DNA of 62,686 nucleotides from an uncultured Rhodobacterales bacterium (GCA_964586735.1 CAZPIN010000105.1:1-62686); one strand, 5' to 3'; positions 25,701 to 34,845 are shown, counted from the first letter of the stretch. The notes: a model not told the origin generated them from the sequence alone. Program-made: numbers and translations.

Positions 25701-28700
25701 ACCGGAGGCACTGCATCGGTCGCTGGCGGCGACTACATCGTGCCGACTGGCAACACGTTGACCTTTCCTGCCAATGTGTCCACCCCGCGCACCATTCAGG
25801 TTGCCGTATTCGGCGACAGCATCTACGAGGCCGACGAGACCCTGACCGTGTCCCTGAGTACCAGCGAACCTGAATCCGAAGTGGCGCTTTTCCCAGCCAC
25901 GGGTACCGGCACCATCAGAAACGACGACGTTCCGCCTTTAGTCACCATCGATTCGCCGATACCGATCACCGAGGGCGACACCGGATCCAAGAGCCTGGAG
26001 TTTCTGGTCACCAAGTCGGGTCCGACGGAGCTGGACGCCACCATCGAGGTAGCCATTCTGGGCACGGCGACCAGCCCCTCCGACTACGTGGATGTCGTCG
26101 GCGGTTCCTCGCTGACCTTCGGTCCAGCCGAGACCACAAAGGCCATCACCTTAACCGTAATCGGAGACAGTGTGGCGGAGCCGGACGAAACTGTCATCGT
26201 ATCCCTGTCCGGTCTGGTTCACGCCGCCTTCACCGGCGGTGGTTCAACGCTATCAGGACGTACCAGTATCCAAAACGACGATGGCCTCCAATTCGCCATA
26301 GATTCGCCAAGCATCGACGAGGGCCAAAGCGGCACCACCCACAGGATGACCTTCACCGTCACGCTGGACGCGGAGTTCTCCCAGCAGACATCCGTTTCCT
26401 ACAGCGTCACGGGTGGCACCGCCACGGCCGGCGAGGACTACCAGACGCTGTCTCCCGGCACCCTGACTTTCGCGCCGGCCGTGACGTCGCAGACCATTGA
26501 CGTCACGGTTGTCGGCGACTTGCAGATCGAAGGAAGCGAGACGGTCATCGTCACACTGGCCAATCCAACCTGCACCAGCTGCGCCGGTCTTGGCGTCGCG
26601 CTGGCCACCATTTCCCCTGACCATGGCGTCGGTACGGGCACAATCGTGGGGGACGATCAGCCTCTTCTCTCCATTGACTCCCCGTCGGTGATGGAGGGCG
26701 ACAGCGGACAGGTCAGTACGCTGGAGTTCACAGTCACCATGACTCAGCGGTGGCACAGCCAGGTCTCGGTCGACTACAGCGTGACCGGCGGCACGGCGAC
26801 GGCGGGAGAGGATTACCGTACGGTCGCCGACGGCACGCTGATTTTTGTCGTTAACACCGACACCCAGTCCACGATCTCCGTCGACGTGCTCGGCGACGGC
26901 GACGGCGAGCGCGACGAAACCCTCGTTGTCACTCTCTCCAACCCCATCAACGCCACCATCATGTCCGGCGTCGGCACCGGTACCATCCGCTCCGATGACC
27001 GCAGCCTCTCCATCCGCGCCGCCACCCCCAGTGTAACGGAAGGCGAAGACCGGCCTCTGGAGTTCCTCGTTGAAATGGATCCCCCCGCTGACAGCCGGCT
27101 GATGGTCGATTTCGAGGTCACGCCGCAGTCCACGGCCACCGTCGGTGCGGACTTCGAATCCCCGTCTTTCACCCAGCTGGTCTTTGAAAGAGACGAGTCA
27201 TCCAAGTCCATCATGGTGATGGTCAAGGACGACTCTCTGGAGGAAGACGAGGAGTTCGTCGAGATCGCCCTCGTCGACTCGGTGGAGTCCGCCAGCATCA
27301 CCACGGCTACGGCAAGGGGCGCCATCATTCCGCGCCGGCCCGCCGGGGGATCTGTGCTGTCGGTCGCCCGGCTGGGACCAACATTGGGGTCCGACGGGAC
27401 GGGACCCACCACCGACATGATTTTCCGCTTCGATCCGCCCCGCAACGTCGCCACTTCGATTACCTATATCGTGCGGCTCAGCGATCCCGGCGTGACTGGA
27501 AGCGGCAGGCTGGGCATCCCCGTCACCGTTACCGTTCCAGCCGACCAGAGAGAGTTCAGGGATACCTACTCTTTAGGACCCGCCTTCAATCTGGAGCACG
27601 TCGGCCTTCTCGTCGTCGAGGTAGTCTCGGTGTCCGTCGAAGGTGAAACCGAGCCAGATCCCCTAGTTAACATCAGAGGCTTGCAGGACTCCAGCGGCAG
27701 GGCATTGGTCGGGCACAACGGCGAGGAGGCGGGCAGGCTCGCGGTCGGCATGCGCTACGTCCTCTCAGGCGCCGGGCGAGCGGTGGCCGCCAGCCTCGTC
27801 GAGACGGTCTGGGAGCGGGCCGAGGCGTACCGCTATGGCCGGCCGGAGTCCACCGCCACAGTCGGCGGCCGCCGCGTCGACGTCGCCGCTTTTGCCCATG
27901 GAGACGATCCAGGCCGTGCCGCGGGCGAAGTCGCCCGGCTGCTTGGCATCGAGACGTCGGCGCCTTCGGCGCGGCGTGGCAACAGCCACTCCGGTTCCGG
28001 CTTCGGCGCCTGGCGCGACTGGGCTGGACTGCCCGGCGATGACCTTGCCCGCGGCACCCGTTTTTCGCTGACTTCTGGCGACCGCGGCGTCGGTATGTCC
28101 ACTGTTTGGGGCCGCGGGGACTTCCGCTCGTTCGAAAACGTCTCAGACAACGACGACCTGACCGTGGAAGGCGACACCGATACGCTGCTTCTCGGCTTTG
28201 ACCACCGCTACAGAAAGAACCGCCTTGTCGGCGTAACCCTGAGCCGGGCGTCGGGCGATGTCAGCTACGTCTTTGGCACCAAGGACGAGGGATCCATGAC
28301 GGTCAGCCTGACCACCCTTGCGCCGTGGTTCCACCGCGCCTCCGACACTGGCGGAGAGGCATGGGGAATCGCGGGCATTGGCATGGGTACGGCGGGGGTC
28401 GAGGAAAGCGGCGTCTCTGTCGACACCGACGTCCGGATGCTGATGCTGGCATTCGGCCTGCGTGGCAAAGACGTGCTAATAGGCAATTCCATGGCCGCCC
28501 TGAAGGCGGACGCCTTCATGGCGTCTCTGTCGGCGGACGCGGCTGACGGAGACCTGCGGGTCGCCAAGGCGTCCGCCGACACGCATCGCCTGCGGCTTGC
28601 GCTCGAACTCGCCGGCGGCTGGAATTTCGAAAGCGGCGGCGAGTTCGCCGGCCTTCTGGATGTAGGAGCGCGCTCCGACGGCGGCGACGGGGCTAGCGGC

Positions 28701-29207
28701 TCCGGCATGGACGCCATTCTGGGTTTCCGCATGACATCTGGTGGCGGAGGTCTCGAGATGACCGGCAAGACAGGGATCCTGCTCTCCCATAGCCAGGAAG
28801 GCTACGACGAGTCTTTCATGAGCTTCGCCCTTGCTTTGGACCCAAGCGGCGAGGGGCGGGGAATCCAATTGTCCTTGGAGCCCGCCCTGAACGCCGCAGC
28901 CATACGAGGCAGCGGATACCAGTGGAACGCGGCTCCGGATGGCAAAAGGGATGCGCCTTTGACCTCGGGAGCCTCCCTGCGCTCGCGGCTGGGCTACGGG
29001 TTAAGGGTAATGGACGACTGGGCGCTGGCAACGGCTTACGGCCAGGTCGAAAGCGGAGAGGACCAGTCCAGCCTGCGTCTGGGTGCCGAGCTGCGCGGCC
29101 TGAACCGGCGGGAGGGCGGATTCACCATCGAGGTCTATGGCCAGCGCGAGGCGGCGGCCTTGCAACCTGACGATGCGCTCATGCTGGAGGGCCGCTTTGG
29201 CATATAG
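22725..29207 (+). CDS. Giant Calx-beta-repeat autotransporter-like outer-membrane protein (paralog 3, divergent, 2160 aa)
   Basis: Long N-terminal leader ending LAFWAVMASWIPASA/QG. A low-GC, Cys-rich head (nt ~22930-24090) is followed by about 10 Calx-beta modules (e.g. LLSIDSPSVDEGNAG...VQYAVTGGTASVAGGDYIVPTGNTLTF...VAVFGDSIYEADETLTVSLS). The C-terminal barrel (nt ~28057-29204; VWGRGDFRSF, GFDHRY, RLGYGL) ends LMLEGRFGI. Confidence 0.85.
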   Translation: MITHLTARIAGGLLSVRACARTTAAAVASVLGHRWRTGLLRATATAVLAFWAVMASWIPASAQGASGIDIYYITTLHVWVEPGPLPTIPAGPDGLDLVADRSHPEYDNNDVIKNVDDFCGEIPGDDDDNTIVEYPEPLKPNDPNDIQDAERINMSFRICAAWETHDCPDGLNCSFLTTDGANPGNIDITYRFHVPSSSQWLWTEYGSDYTDWPRQEECSNDQSGSRSLELDDNLAANNVRDGKTWRTINCYIIGDGFYEEEEHIQLEILSADCDNCNGPLSSNHRWAEMPSEAILGGKRRLRRDIINRDPPPVAYIFYDVPDSDTVATGWGGPEGAAGEETEYTITLLLTGETQLSMFFSVAVEDSLEDGGSYTSGDDLGYQIIGLDDLEGDNGRLCLGPCGGKIVSRSTFSILVKGDNWAEPTQYITFRLENPLWGVISRRYPSLSIAIENDDSLHFSLRKSSDPVVEGDQGDTSRVGVTVALASLVQGSFTMDYAISGTATNGVDYQQVLPTGTIAFGGDGNLDPDQVLSHTLYFDIIPDLLVETDETIVLSFGNVQCTSCVDGPVGRVTFPGWEAVRNVQGATIITIEEDDFPEITIISPSLLEGGPDNSLLLDFIVELSAVSPLDIVVRYSIEDGTATAGRDYVATDGDLLFTAGQTLNHVSVTINGDDVYELDETITATLSNPVAAIFPGGASTVTARGVIVNDDPPPVITLTQPASVTEGDTGETDMVFTITKTGLTEVDSTVTYSLTGSAVSGVDYTPHDRFNLTIPASVSSIPLTVVVLGDNLAEPNETVDLTLALPYHAHFMAGSSTTSTTGTIIDDEVLLLAIDSPQMLEGNAGDSTVLEFTVTMSARADQVVSVDYFLTHEGGTATEGADYSIQFDPLVFSPGETVRRIPVTLVGDSVGEANETIEIDLLFPTCTACAAAGVIQPEIETGLGVATIINDDGTLLSIDSPSVDEGNAGQRMLTFTVSVGTAPTKTIRVQYAVTGGTASVAGGDYIVPTGNTLTFPANVSTPRTIQVAVFGDSIYEADETLTVSLSTSEPESEVALFPATGTGTIRNDDVPPLVTIDSPIPITEGDTGSKSLEFLVTKSGPTELDATIEVAILGTATSPSDYVDVVGGSSLTFGPAETTKAITLTVIGDSVAEPDETVIVSLSGLVHAAFTGGGSTLSGRTSIQNDDGLQFAIDSPSIDEGQSGTTHRMTFTVTLDAEFSQQTSVSYSVTGGTATAGEDYQTLSPGTLTFAPAVTSQTIDVTVVGDLQIEGSETVIVTLANPTCTSCAGLGVALATISPDHGVGTGTIVGDDQPLLSIDSPSVMEGDSGQVSTLEFTVTMTQRWHSQVSVDYSVTGGTATAGEDYRTVADGTLIFVVNTDTQSTISVDVLGDGDGERDETLVVTLSNPINATIMSGVGTGTIRSDDRSLSIRAATPSVTEGEDRPLEFLVEMDPPADSRLMVDFEVTPQSTATVGADFESPSFTQLVFERDESSKSIMVMVKDDSLEEDEEFVEIALVDSVESASITTATARGAIIPRRPAGGSVLSVARLGPTLGSDGTGPTTDMIFRFDPPRNVATSITYIVRLSDPGVTGSGRLGIPVTVTVPADQREFRDTYSLGPAFNLEHVGLLVVEVVSVSVEGETEPDPLVNIRGLQDSSGRALVGHNGEEAGRLAVGMRYVLSGAGRAVAASLVETVWERAEAYRYGRPESTATVGGRRVDVAAFAHGDDPGRAAGEVARLLGIETSAPSARRGNSHSGSGFGAWRDWAGLPGDDLARGTRFSLTSGDRGVGMSTVWGRGDFRSFENVSDNDDLTVEGDTDTLLLGFDHRYRKNRLVGVTLSRASGDVSYVFGTKDEGSMTVSLTTLAPWFHRASDTGGEAWGIAGIGMGTAGVEESGVSVDTDVRMLMLAFGLRGKDVLIGNSMAALKADAFMASLSADAADGDLRVAKASADTHRLRLALELAGGWNFESGGEFAGLLDVGARSDGGDGASGSGMDAILGFRMTSGGGGLEMTGKTGILLSHSQEGYDESFMSFALALDPSGEGRGIQLSLEPALNAAAIRGSGYQWNAAPDGKRDAPLTSGASLRSRLGYGLRVMDDWALATAYGQVESGEDQSSLRLGAELRGLNRREGGFTIEVYGQREAAALQPDDALMLEGRFGI

Positions 29208-29334
29208 CCGATGTCGGCTTGCTGACAGGGTGGTGAGAATCCGGAATGCGGTACGGGCACGGTGCCGCTGCGGAAGACAGGCAAAACGCGCTTCCTGCTG
29301 TTTGCCAGACGTTGGCCTGCGACCTGCTTGGACA

Positions 29335-29368
29335 ACGGCGGCGCCGCCGAATGTCCGAATGCCGCCGT
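29335..29368. terminator. GC-rich stem-loop between convergent genes (autotransporter 3 and Rpn-like gene); possible bidirectional terminator
   Basis: ACGGCGGC (29335-29342) pairs with GCCGCCGT (29361-29368) across an 18-nt loop. An alternative perfect palindrome CGGCGGCGCCGCCG lies at 29336-29349. No U-tract. Confidence 0.25.
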
Positions 29369-30393
29369 CAGCCTTTGCCGTGCCCGTTGAAGACCCGGTC
29401 AATCGAGTTGCTGTCAAAAGACTGCATGAACCAGTCTTCGATCTCCTGCGCGTCAGCGGCGGCGACCCGTTCCCGATACTGCTCAGGCAGCGGCCCGAAT
29501 CTGCGCCGGAGAACGTTCGTCAGCACTTCGGCCCTGCCTCTGGCTCTTTCTCTGGCTTCGCCCTTGGCCTCGCCTTCGGCCCAGTATCTTTCCACCATGT
29601 TCGCCATGATCCTTCCTCCATCCTTCGGGTAGGCTTGGCGAAGCGCCCGCTCCACCATCCTTCTGGTTACTTCATCATACTCGCTTTCGAAGAACGCCGC
29701 AAGCGGCTGCAGAACATCAGAGTCCTTTCCGACCATCCTGAGGATCGTCACCATCAAGTGCATGATGTTCAGGTCCTTCCGCCTGCTGACGCAGGAGTAG
29801 TACAGTGCCAGCAGGATGGCCGTAACCTCGCTGTTGCCGCAGTACAGATGTTCCGGCCTCAGCCGGGAGAAGTCCACGATATGGATGTGGATGTTCAGCA
29901 CGCGCTTGCCCAGCCGGGCGATACCCGGCAGCCACCAGTCAAGAGACAACGGAAATTTCCACGGCCTGTCCCCGGTGTAGAGGAGAATGCCGCAGATTGC
30001 GGCGTGCGCGCGGATGCCCAGTACGCACTCGAGCAGGGCGCAGACCACGTAGCCTATCAGCTGCGCAGGCGCCTCCCTGGACGGGGACGACTTCGCCTCC
30101 AGCACGCTCTCAACGAGGGGCATGCCGTCGGGGTTCGTTTCCATCCGGAAGCGGGCGTCGCATTCGCTGGGGCGCAGGACCTGGCTGATGAATTTTGTGG
30201 GCAGGATCTCGGCGGGGCCGTCGGCCAGCGCGCCGGCAAACTCGATGGGACCGAAGACCCTTGCAAAGACGCCAGCCCGAGTCGGGTCTCTGAACCCGAT
30301 TCGGATGAGGCTGTCGCGGGCTTGGTAGGTTTTGCGCTTCTCAGCGCCTCGGTCGTTCTCTCGGTGGCCTGACGCGCCGGTCTGTGTGTGCAT
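29368..30393 (-). CDS. Rpn/YhgA-like PD-(D/E)XK recombination-promoting nuclease / putative transposase with DUF4351-like C-terminal module (341 aa)
   Basis: Nuclease-core-like strings are ECDARFRME...VESVLEAKSS...AQLIGYV and ICGILLYTGDRPW. The C-terminus WAEGEAKGEARERARGRAEVLTNVLRRRFGPLPEQYRERVAAADAQEIEDWF...SNSIDRVF matches the E-x-x-G repeats plus helical DUF4351 pattern. Confidence 0.75.
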   Translation of the reverse strand: MHTQTGASGHRENDRGAEKRKTYQARDSLIRIGFRDPTRAGVFARVFGPIEFAGALADGPAEILPTKFISQVLRPSECDARFRMETNPDGMPLVESVLEAKSSPSREAPAQLIGYVVCALLECVLGIRAHAAICGILLYTGDRPWKFPLSLDWWLPGIARLGKRVLNIHIHIVDFSRLRPEHLYCGNSEVTAILLALYYSCVSRRKDLNIMHLMVTILRMVGKDSDVLQPLAAFFESEYDEVTRRMVERALRQAYPKDGGRIMANMVERYWAEGEAKGEARERARGRAEVLTNVLRRRFGPLPEQYRERVAAADAQEIEDWFMQSFDSNSIDRVFNGHGKG

Positions 30394-30574
30394 GGTTTTT
30401 CTCCCTGCGCTGCGTCTGCGGAGCGTCTGCGCCGCCGTATGTTGTCAGCCGCTCGCTCGCACGGACCATCCGTGGTGCGGCCGTCGGCTGGATTGGTTGA
30501 GCACTGCCATAGCAGGTTGAAGCGGGGAGCGCAAACCGGGATTCTGGGATGGGTATATTTCGCGGTGAAGTGTC

Positions 30575-30616
30575 ATTTTTGGGACCGCCCAGAAACAATT
30601 TGAAAAAAGTGATTTT
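30575..30616 (-). promoter_or_regulatory. AT-rich conserved motif / candidate sigma70-type promoter about 180-205 nt upstream of the Rpn-like gene
   Basis: Minus strand reads AAAATCACTTTTTTCAAA, giving TTCAAA (-35), an 18-nt spacer and AAAAAT (-10). The 18-nt core (plus 30599-30616, TTTGAAAAAAGTGATTTT) is 17/18 identical to 41194-41211, upstream of the second minus-strand Rpn gene. Confidence 0.3.
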
Positions 30617-31186
30617 GGCGCGAAACCCCCAGTCATGCCCATGAATCCGGCCCTGTCAAGCGCCTGCGTGCACCGCCCGTGCGGGAGCATGACCGCGCCC
30701 TTCGACCAGTCCGCGTATAGCGTATTGGCGTCTGACGCGGGCGGCGGCGTCGATGGCCTTGGTGCCGGGCGGTGTCGGCTGTGCGCCGTCTCGCGAGGCG
30801 GTCATGGCGTGGCGCTGGAGCGGCGCGCGGCTTTCGGTCTTCCTCCGCCTCCGTGCCGGCGCCTGACCGAGGACGTCGCCATTCCGGACCGGCCTGCGCA
30901 TCTCTGCCGGGTCCTGCGGGCTATATGAGACGCCGCACAGATTCCATCGGCGACTCGGGGAGAGTGCGATTCGCGGTCTGTCCGGTGTGCTCATGCTGGC
31001 GCCCCATCCCAGCATCGAGTCTGGCAGGGCAGCGCCTTCGGCGGCGCGGCAGACGCGGCTGCCCGGATGGCGCGTTCGGCATTGCCACGCTACGGCAAAT
31101 CGGCGGGCCGACTCGCAGGAGAAATTTTGGCTATCTTGCATCGCCGGAATGCACCGTCTCGAAAGCCGGGACGCAGGGAGAGGAAA

Positions 31187-32740
31187 TTGGCGGGGAGAGA
31201 ACGCAAGCGGCGGCGCCAGGGCGGCCATGCCAGCAACCCAAGGCTCAACCAGTCGGCGGCGCAGCAGCGGCCCTGGAAGCAGCCGGTCAACACCGACAGG
31301 TACATCGAGCCTCTCGACGAGGAGGGGGTCCGGTTCATCCACGACGGCGCCATGCGCATGCTGGAGGACGTCGGCCTGGAGATCCATCACGACGAGGCGC
31401 TGGGCCTGCTTCGCGACGCCGGGGCCATCGTCGACTTCGACAGCAAACACGTCCGAATCGGCCGCGAGATCATCGAGGAGGCGGTGCGGCAGGCGCCGGA
31501 GACCTTCGAGATGGAGCCCCGCAATCCGGAGCGGCGAATCACCATCGGCGGCCGCTATCTGACCATCTCGCCCGTGGGTAGTGCACCCAACGTCCAGGAC
31601 ATTGACCGCGGCCGCCGCACCGGCAACCGCGAGGACTTCCGCAACCTCGTCCGCCTGGGGCAGCATTTCAACTGCATCCACCTCATCGGCGGCTATCCGG
31701 TCGAGCCCATCGACCTGCACCCCTCCATCCGCCATCTCGAGGCGCAGCTCGATAAGCTCATGATCTCCGACAAGATCACCCATGCCTACAGCCTCGGCAA
31801 GGAGCGCGTCTCCGACATCATGGAGATGGTGCGCATCTCCTCGCGGGTCAGCGAGGACGAGTTCCCCGAGGTGGCGCGCATGTTCACCAACATCAACACC
31901 AACTCGCCGATGAAGATCGACGGGCCGATGATGGACGGCGCCATGCGCTGCGCCGAGCGCGGCCAGGGCGTGGTGGTGACTCCCTTCACCCTGTCGGGCG
32001 CCATGGCCCCGGTCACCGTCGCCGGCTCGGTTGCCCAGCAGACCGCCGAAGCGCTGGCGGGCATCGCCGTCTGCCAATTGCTCAAGCCAGGGGCCCGCTG
32101 CGTCTACGGCGGCTTCGTTTCCAACGTCGACATGAAGTCCGGTGCTCCCGCCTTCGGCACCCCCGAGTACATGCGCGGCGCCCAGGTTGGCGGCCAGATG
32201 GCCCGCTTCTACAAGCTCCCCTACCGCGCCTCCAACGTCAACGCCTCCAACCATCCCGACGCCCAAAGCGTCTGGGAGTCGGCGTTTTCGCTGTGGGGCG
32301 TGCTGACCGGCGGCGTCAACCTCGTTTTCCATGGCGCAGGCTGGCTGGAAGGCGGGCTCTCGGCCAGCTTCGAGAAGTACATCATCGACTGCGAGATGCT
32401 CAACTGGCTGGCCGCCTACTACGACGGCTTCGAGCTCAGCGAAGACGCCCTGGGCATCGAGGCGGTGCGGGAGGTTGGCCCGGGCGGGCACTTCTTCGGC
32501 TGCGCCCATACCCAGGCGCGCTACGAGACTGCCTTCCACCAGCCGTTCCTCAGCGACTGGCGCAACTACGAGACCTGGCAGGAGACCGGCGCGGTCGATG
32601 CCACCCGCCGCGCCAACGCCATGTGGAAGAGCATCCTCAAGGAGTTCGAGCCAGCGCCCCTCGACGAGGGCGTCCGCGAGGAGCTCGAGGCGTTCGTCGC
32701 CCGCCGCACCGAGGAGGGCGGCGCGCCCACCGACTTCTAG
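31187..32740 (+). CDS. MttB-superfamily (trimethylamine methyltransferase family) protein, non-pyrrolysine type, copy 1; probable quaternary-amine (glycine-betaine-type) methyltransferase
   Basis: The ORF track gives 31067..32740. I favour TTG 31187, preceded by GGGAGAGGA, because it aligns with GTG 33028 of copy 2 and gives equal lengths (517 aa). Family-like strings: RKRRRQGG, PLDEEGVRFIHDGAMRMLEDVGLEIHH, NINTNSPM, VVVTPFTLSGAMAPVT. No internal TAG. The start codon is uncertain. Confidence 0.82.
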   Translation: MAGRERKRRRQGGHASNPRLNQSAAQQRPWKQPVNTDRYIEPLDEEGVRFIHDGAMRMLEDVGLEIHHDEALGLLRDAGAIVDFDSKHVRIGREIIEEAVRQAPETFEMEPRNPERRITIGGRYLTISPVGSAPNVQDIDRGRRTGNREDFRNLVRLGQHFNCIHLIGGYPVEPIDLHPSIRHLEAQLDKLMISDKITHAYSLGKERVSDIMEMVRISSRVSEDEFPEVARMFTNINTNSPMKIDGPMMDGAMRCAERGQGVVVTPFTLSGAMAPVTVAGSVAQQTAEALAGIAVCQLLKPGARCVYGGFVSNVDMKSGAPAFGTPEYMRGAQVGGQMARFYKLPYRASNVNASNHPDAQSVWESAFSLWGVLTGGVNLVFHGAGWLEGGLSASFEKYIIDCEMLNWLAAYYDGFELSEDALGIEAVREVGPGGHFFGCAHTQARYETAFHQPFLSDWRNYETWQETGAVDATRRANAMWKSILKEFEPAPLDEGVREELEAFVARRTEEGGAPTDF

Positions 32741-33027
32741 GGCCGTCGGTTTGTACCAGTCCCCAGCGGGGCTGCCAGGCATAGGCATTCCGCATCGGAA
32801 GCCGCCACGTTTCCCGGCGGCCTTTCCTTCCTTCGCGGGAAGGTCCAGCGCGCGCGGTTCGTTCCTATCTGAGGCGCGGGTAAGGTTCGCGCGCGCAGGC
32901 TCGATACCGCCGACGCCGCTGCTTTGGTCCCTGCTATCCGTAAGTATGTCGGTAAACCGTCTGGATTTCCGCTATCCTGCGTCGCCAGTACATGGGTCAT
33001 GAGGACCGGAGCGCAGGGGAGGACAGT

Positions 33028-34581
33028 GTGGCGGCGCCAGAGCGGATGCGGCGACGGCAGGGCGGACGTTCCAGAAACCCTCGGTCCCGCGGGTCAGCGA
33101 TGCGCCAGAGACCCTGGTGCCAGCCAGTCAACACGGACCGCTGCATCGAGCCGTTGGACGAGGAAGGCGTCCGCTTCATCCACGACGGCGCCATGCGCAT
33201 GCTGGAGGACGTCGGCCTCGAGATCCACCATGAAGAGGCGCTTGGCCTGCTCCGCGACGCCGGCGCCATCGTCGACTTAGACAGCAGGCACGTGCGAATT
33301 GGCCGCGAGATCGTCGAGGAGGCGGTCAGGATGGCGCCGGAATCCTTCGAGATGGTGCCCCGCAATCCCGAGCGACGGATCACCATCGGCGGGCAGCATG
33401 TGGCGGTCCAGCCGGTGGCCGGCGCTCCCAACGTCCAGGACATCGACCGAGGGCGCCGCGCCGGCAGCCGCGAAGACTTCCGCAACCTCGTCCGCCTCGG
33501 GCAGCACTTCAACTGCATTCACATCATCGGCGGCTACCCGGTCGAGCCCATCGACCTGCATCCTTCCATCCGCCACCTTGAGGCGCACCTCGACAAGCTT
33601 GCCATCTCCGACAAGGTCACGCATGCCAACAGCCTCGGCCGCGAGCGCATTGCCGACGTCATGGAGATGGTGCGCATCGCCTCGCGGGTCGGCGAGGACG
33701 AGTTTCCCGATGTGGCGCGCATGTTCACCAACATCAACACCAACTCGCCGATGCTGATTGACGGTCCCATGATGGACGGTGCCATGCGCTGCGCCGAGCG
33801 CGGCCAGGGCGTGGTGGTCACTCCCTTCACCCTGTCGGGCGCCATGGCGCCGGTGACCATCATCGGCTCGGTCGCCCAGCAGACCGCCGAGGCGCTGGCG
33901 GGCATCGCCGTCTGCCAGCTGCTCAAGCCGGGCGCCCGCTGCGTCTACGGCGGCTTCGTGTCCAACGTGGACATGAGGACCGGCGCTCCGGTCTTCGGCA
34001 CTCCCCAGTACATGCGGGGCGCCCAGATCGGCGGCCAGATGGCCCGCTTTTACAGGCTCCCGTATCGCGCCTCCAACGTAAACGCTTCCAACGTCCCCGA
34101 TACCCAGAGCATATGGGAGTCGGTGCTGTCGCTGTGGGGAGTGCTCACCGGCGGCGTCAATATCATCGTCCACGGGGCAGGCTGGCTCGAGGGAGGGCTT
34201 TCCGCCAGTTTCGAGAAATACATCATCGACTGCGAGGTGCTCGACTGGCTGGCGGCCTACTACGAGGGCTTCGAGTTCAGCGAGGACGCGCTGGGCATCG
34301 AGGCGGTGCGGGAGGCTGGCGCGGGAGGGCATTTCTTCGGCTGCGGCCACACCCAGGCGCGCTACGAAACCGCCTTCCACCAGCCGTTCCTCAGCGACTG
34401 GCGCAACTACGAGACCTGGCATGAGACTGGCGCAATCGACGCCACCCGCCGCGCCAACGCCATGTGGAAGAGCATCCTCAGGGAGTTTGAGCCCGCGCCA
34501 CTCGACGAGGGCGTCCGCGAGGAACTCGAGGCGTTCGTCGCCCGGCGCACCGAAGAGGGCGGCGCCCCCACCGACTTCTAG
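33028..34581 (+). CDS. MttB-superfamily protein, non-pyrrolysine type, copy 2 (tandem duplicate)
   Basis: The ORF track gives 32992..34581. GTG 33028 follows GGGGAGGA (33016-33023); ATG 32992 and ATG 33046 are alternatives. It is collinear with copy 1 and mostly identical, e.g. IEPLDEEGVRFIHDGAMRMLEDVGLEIHH and FHQPFLSDWRNYETW in both. No internal TAG. Confidence 0.82.
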   Translation: MAAPERMRRRQGGRSRNPRSRGSAMRQRPWCQPVNTDRCIEPLDEEGVRFIHDGAMRMLEDVGLEIHHEEALGLLRDAGAIVDLDSRHVRIGREIVEEAVRMAPESFEMVPRNPERRITIGGQHVAVQPVAGAPNVQDIDRGRRAGSREDFRNLVRLGQHFNCIHIIGGYPVEPIDLHPSIRHLEAHLDKLAISDKVTHANSLGRERIADVMEMVRIASRVGEDEFPDVARMFTNINTNSPMLIDGPMMDGAMRCAERGQGVVVTPFTLSGAMAPVTIIGSVAQQTAEALAGIAVCQLLKPGARCVYGGFVSNVDMRTGAPVFGTPQYMRGAQIGGQMARFYRLPYRASNVNASNVPDTQSIWESVLSLWGVLTGGVNIIVHGAGWLEGGLSASFEKYIIDCEVLDWLAAYYEGFEFSEDALGIEAVREAGAGGHFFGCGHTQARYETAFHQPFLSDWRNYETWHETGAIDATRRANAMWKSILREFEPAPLDEGVREELEAFVARRTEEGGAPTDF

Positions 34582-34845
34582 GGCCGTCCGCCCTCGACGG
34601 CCTGCTGCGGATTGCGGCTCGTTTTGTGGCAGAGACTGCCGCGCTGGTGGCAGTTCCCGGGTCTCTGCGCTTCAGCACCCTCGATACACGGCATGGCCAG
34701 CGCGTCGATTTCTACAGTGCCTTCCGTCCGCATTGCCCAGCGGGGCGGGCGCATTGCCAAACGCCATACAAGGGTGAAGCCGCTTGCGCCGCTGCCGCAG
34801 CCCGTCTATGCTGACATGAAAGAGATCCCCCTGGAGAAACCTGAT

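Noticed and set aside
1-29207. A diversity-generating retroelement (template/variable repeat pair) as the source of variation in the repeated surface genes.
   Set aside because: No reverse-transcriptase-like ORF is present. I also see no pair of near-identical repeats whose differences are confined to adenine positions.
31187-34581. Possibility that the mttB genes are pyrrolysine-dependent (in-frame TAG read-through).
   Set aside because: Both ORFs are uninterrupted from the proposed starts to their stops, and no pyl genes are present. They are therefore non-Pyl MttB-superfamily members.
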